The position numbers and the translations under genes are program-made. A stretch of 64,000 bases of DNA, taken from Aplysia californica (lineage: Eukaryota). Position 1 is the first letter of the stretch; each line of letters begins with the position of its first letter. The stretch spans positions 285,901-349,900 of the forward strand of contig NW_004797562.1 of assembly GCF_000002075.1 (NCBI RefSeq), read 5' to 3'. A model generated the notes under the pieces. It had not been told where the DNA came from. It ran no database searches and saw nothing but the letters and a program-made list of their open reading frames with translations. Below, one piece after another: positions 63,603 to 64,000 of the stretch.

Positions 63603-64000
63603 TTGAGCTTGCGTCTTGTGTCCAAGTTTAAGACACCTGATCTTAATGACGATGTAAAGTTCATAAAAATTATGCACAGCACAAGATTTCTTTTTTTCCT
63701 TTCAAATAGGTAGATCTAGCAGCTGAAGTTTAATTGTGATATTTAGTGGTCGCTTCGGCTATTACAGTTTCTGTTACAGGGTGCGTGTGGCCGGAATGGG
63801 GAGTCTCGTAGAGACCTTGTGACGCTTGTCCTAAGAATGAAAGTAGAATTAGAATTCGATTTCTATCAACTTGTTTATAATTTACACTTTCTGGGGGATG
63901 TGCTGCACCAAGCAAGAAATTAATCATGTTGGAACACGCTTCTTTTTCTGCCTGTTTTACTCCAAGCAAATGGTGTCTATGTCTCTGCATCACAGCATCT

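Noticed and set aside
63730-63993. 87-aa minus-strand ORF upstream of the zinc-finger exon
   Set aside because: It has no recognisable domain or clear splice link and is cut by the window edge.

Overview
AT-rich, intron-rich animal genomic DNA with three N gaps (12583-12682, 20120-20219, 38664-38818). It is probably a mollusc, which is an inference from the repeat landscape only. I reconstructed five spliced genes by hand. Two pairs are head-to-head: RPL7 (-, 5' part only) with cyclophilin H/PPIH (+), and TPK1 (-, complete) with ORC2 (+, first five exons only). A 16-finger C2H2/polyQ gene (-) appears to lie inside an ORC2 intron. PPIH intron 1 holds a full-length but crippled Merlin (IS1016/ISXO2-like) transposon. 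Many MITEs (Merlin-like, pogo/Tigger-like, piggyBac-like, Harbinger-like, foldback-like), SINE remnants and an RTE LINE fragment fill the introns. The most unusual items are a minisatellite made of copies of the zinc-finger gene's own exon/5' splice-site junction, the probable antisense nesting of that gene in ORC2, a GC-AG intron inside a zinc finger, and a cluster of Merlin-type elements around the divergent promoters. I found no CRISPR array, rRNA or real tRNA, and no clearly new multi-gene system.
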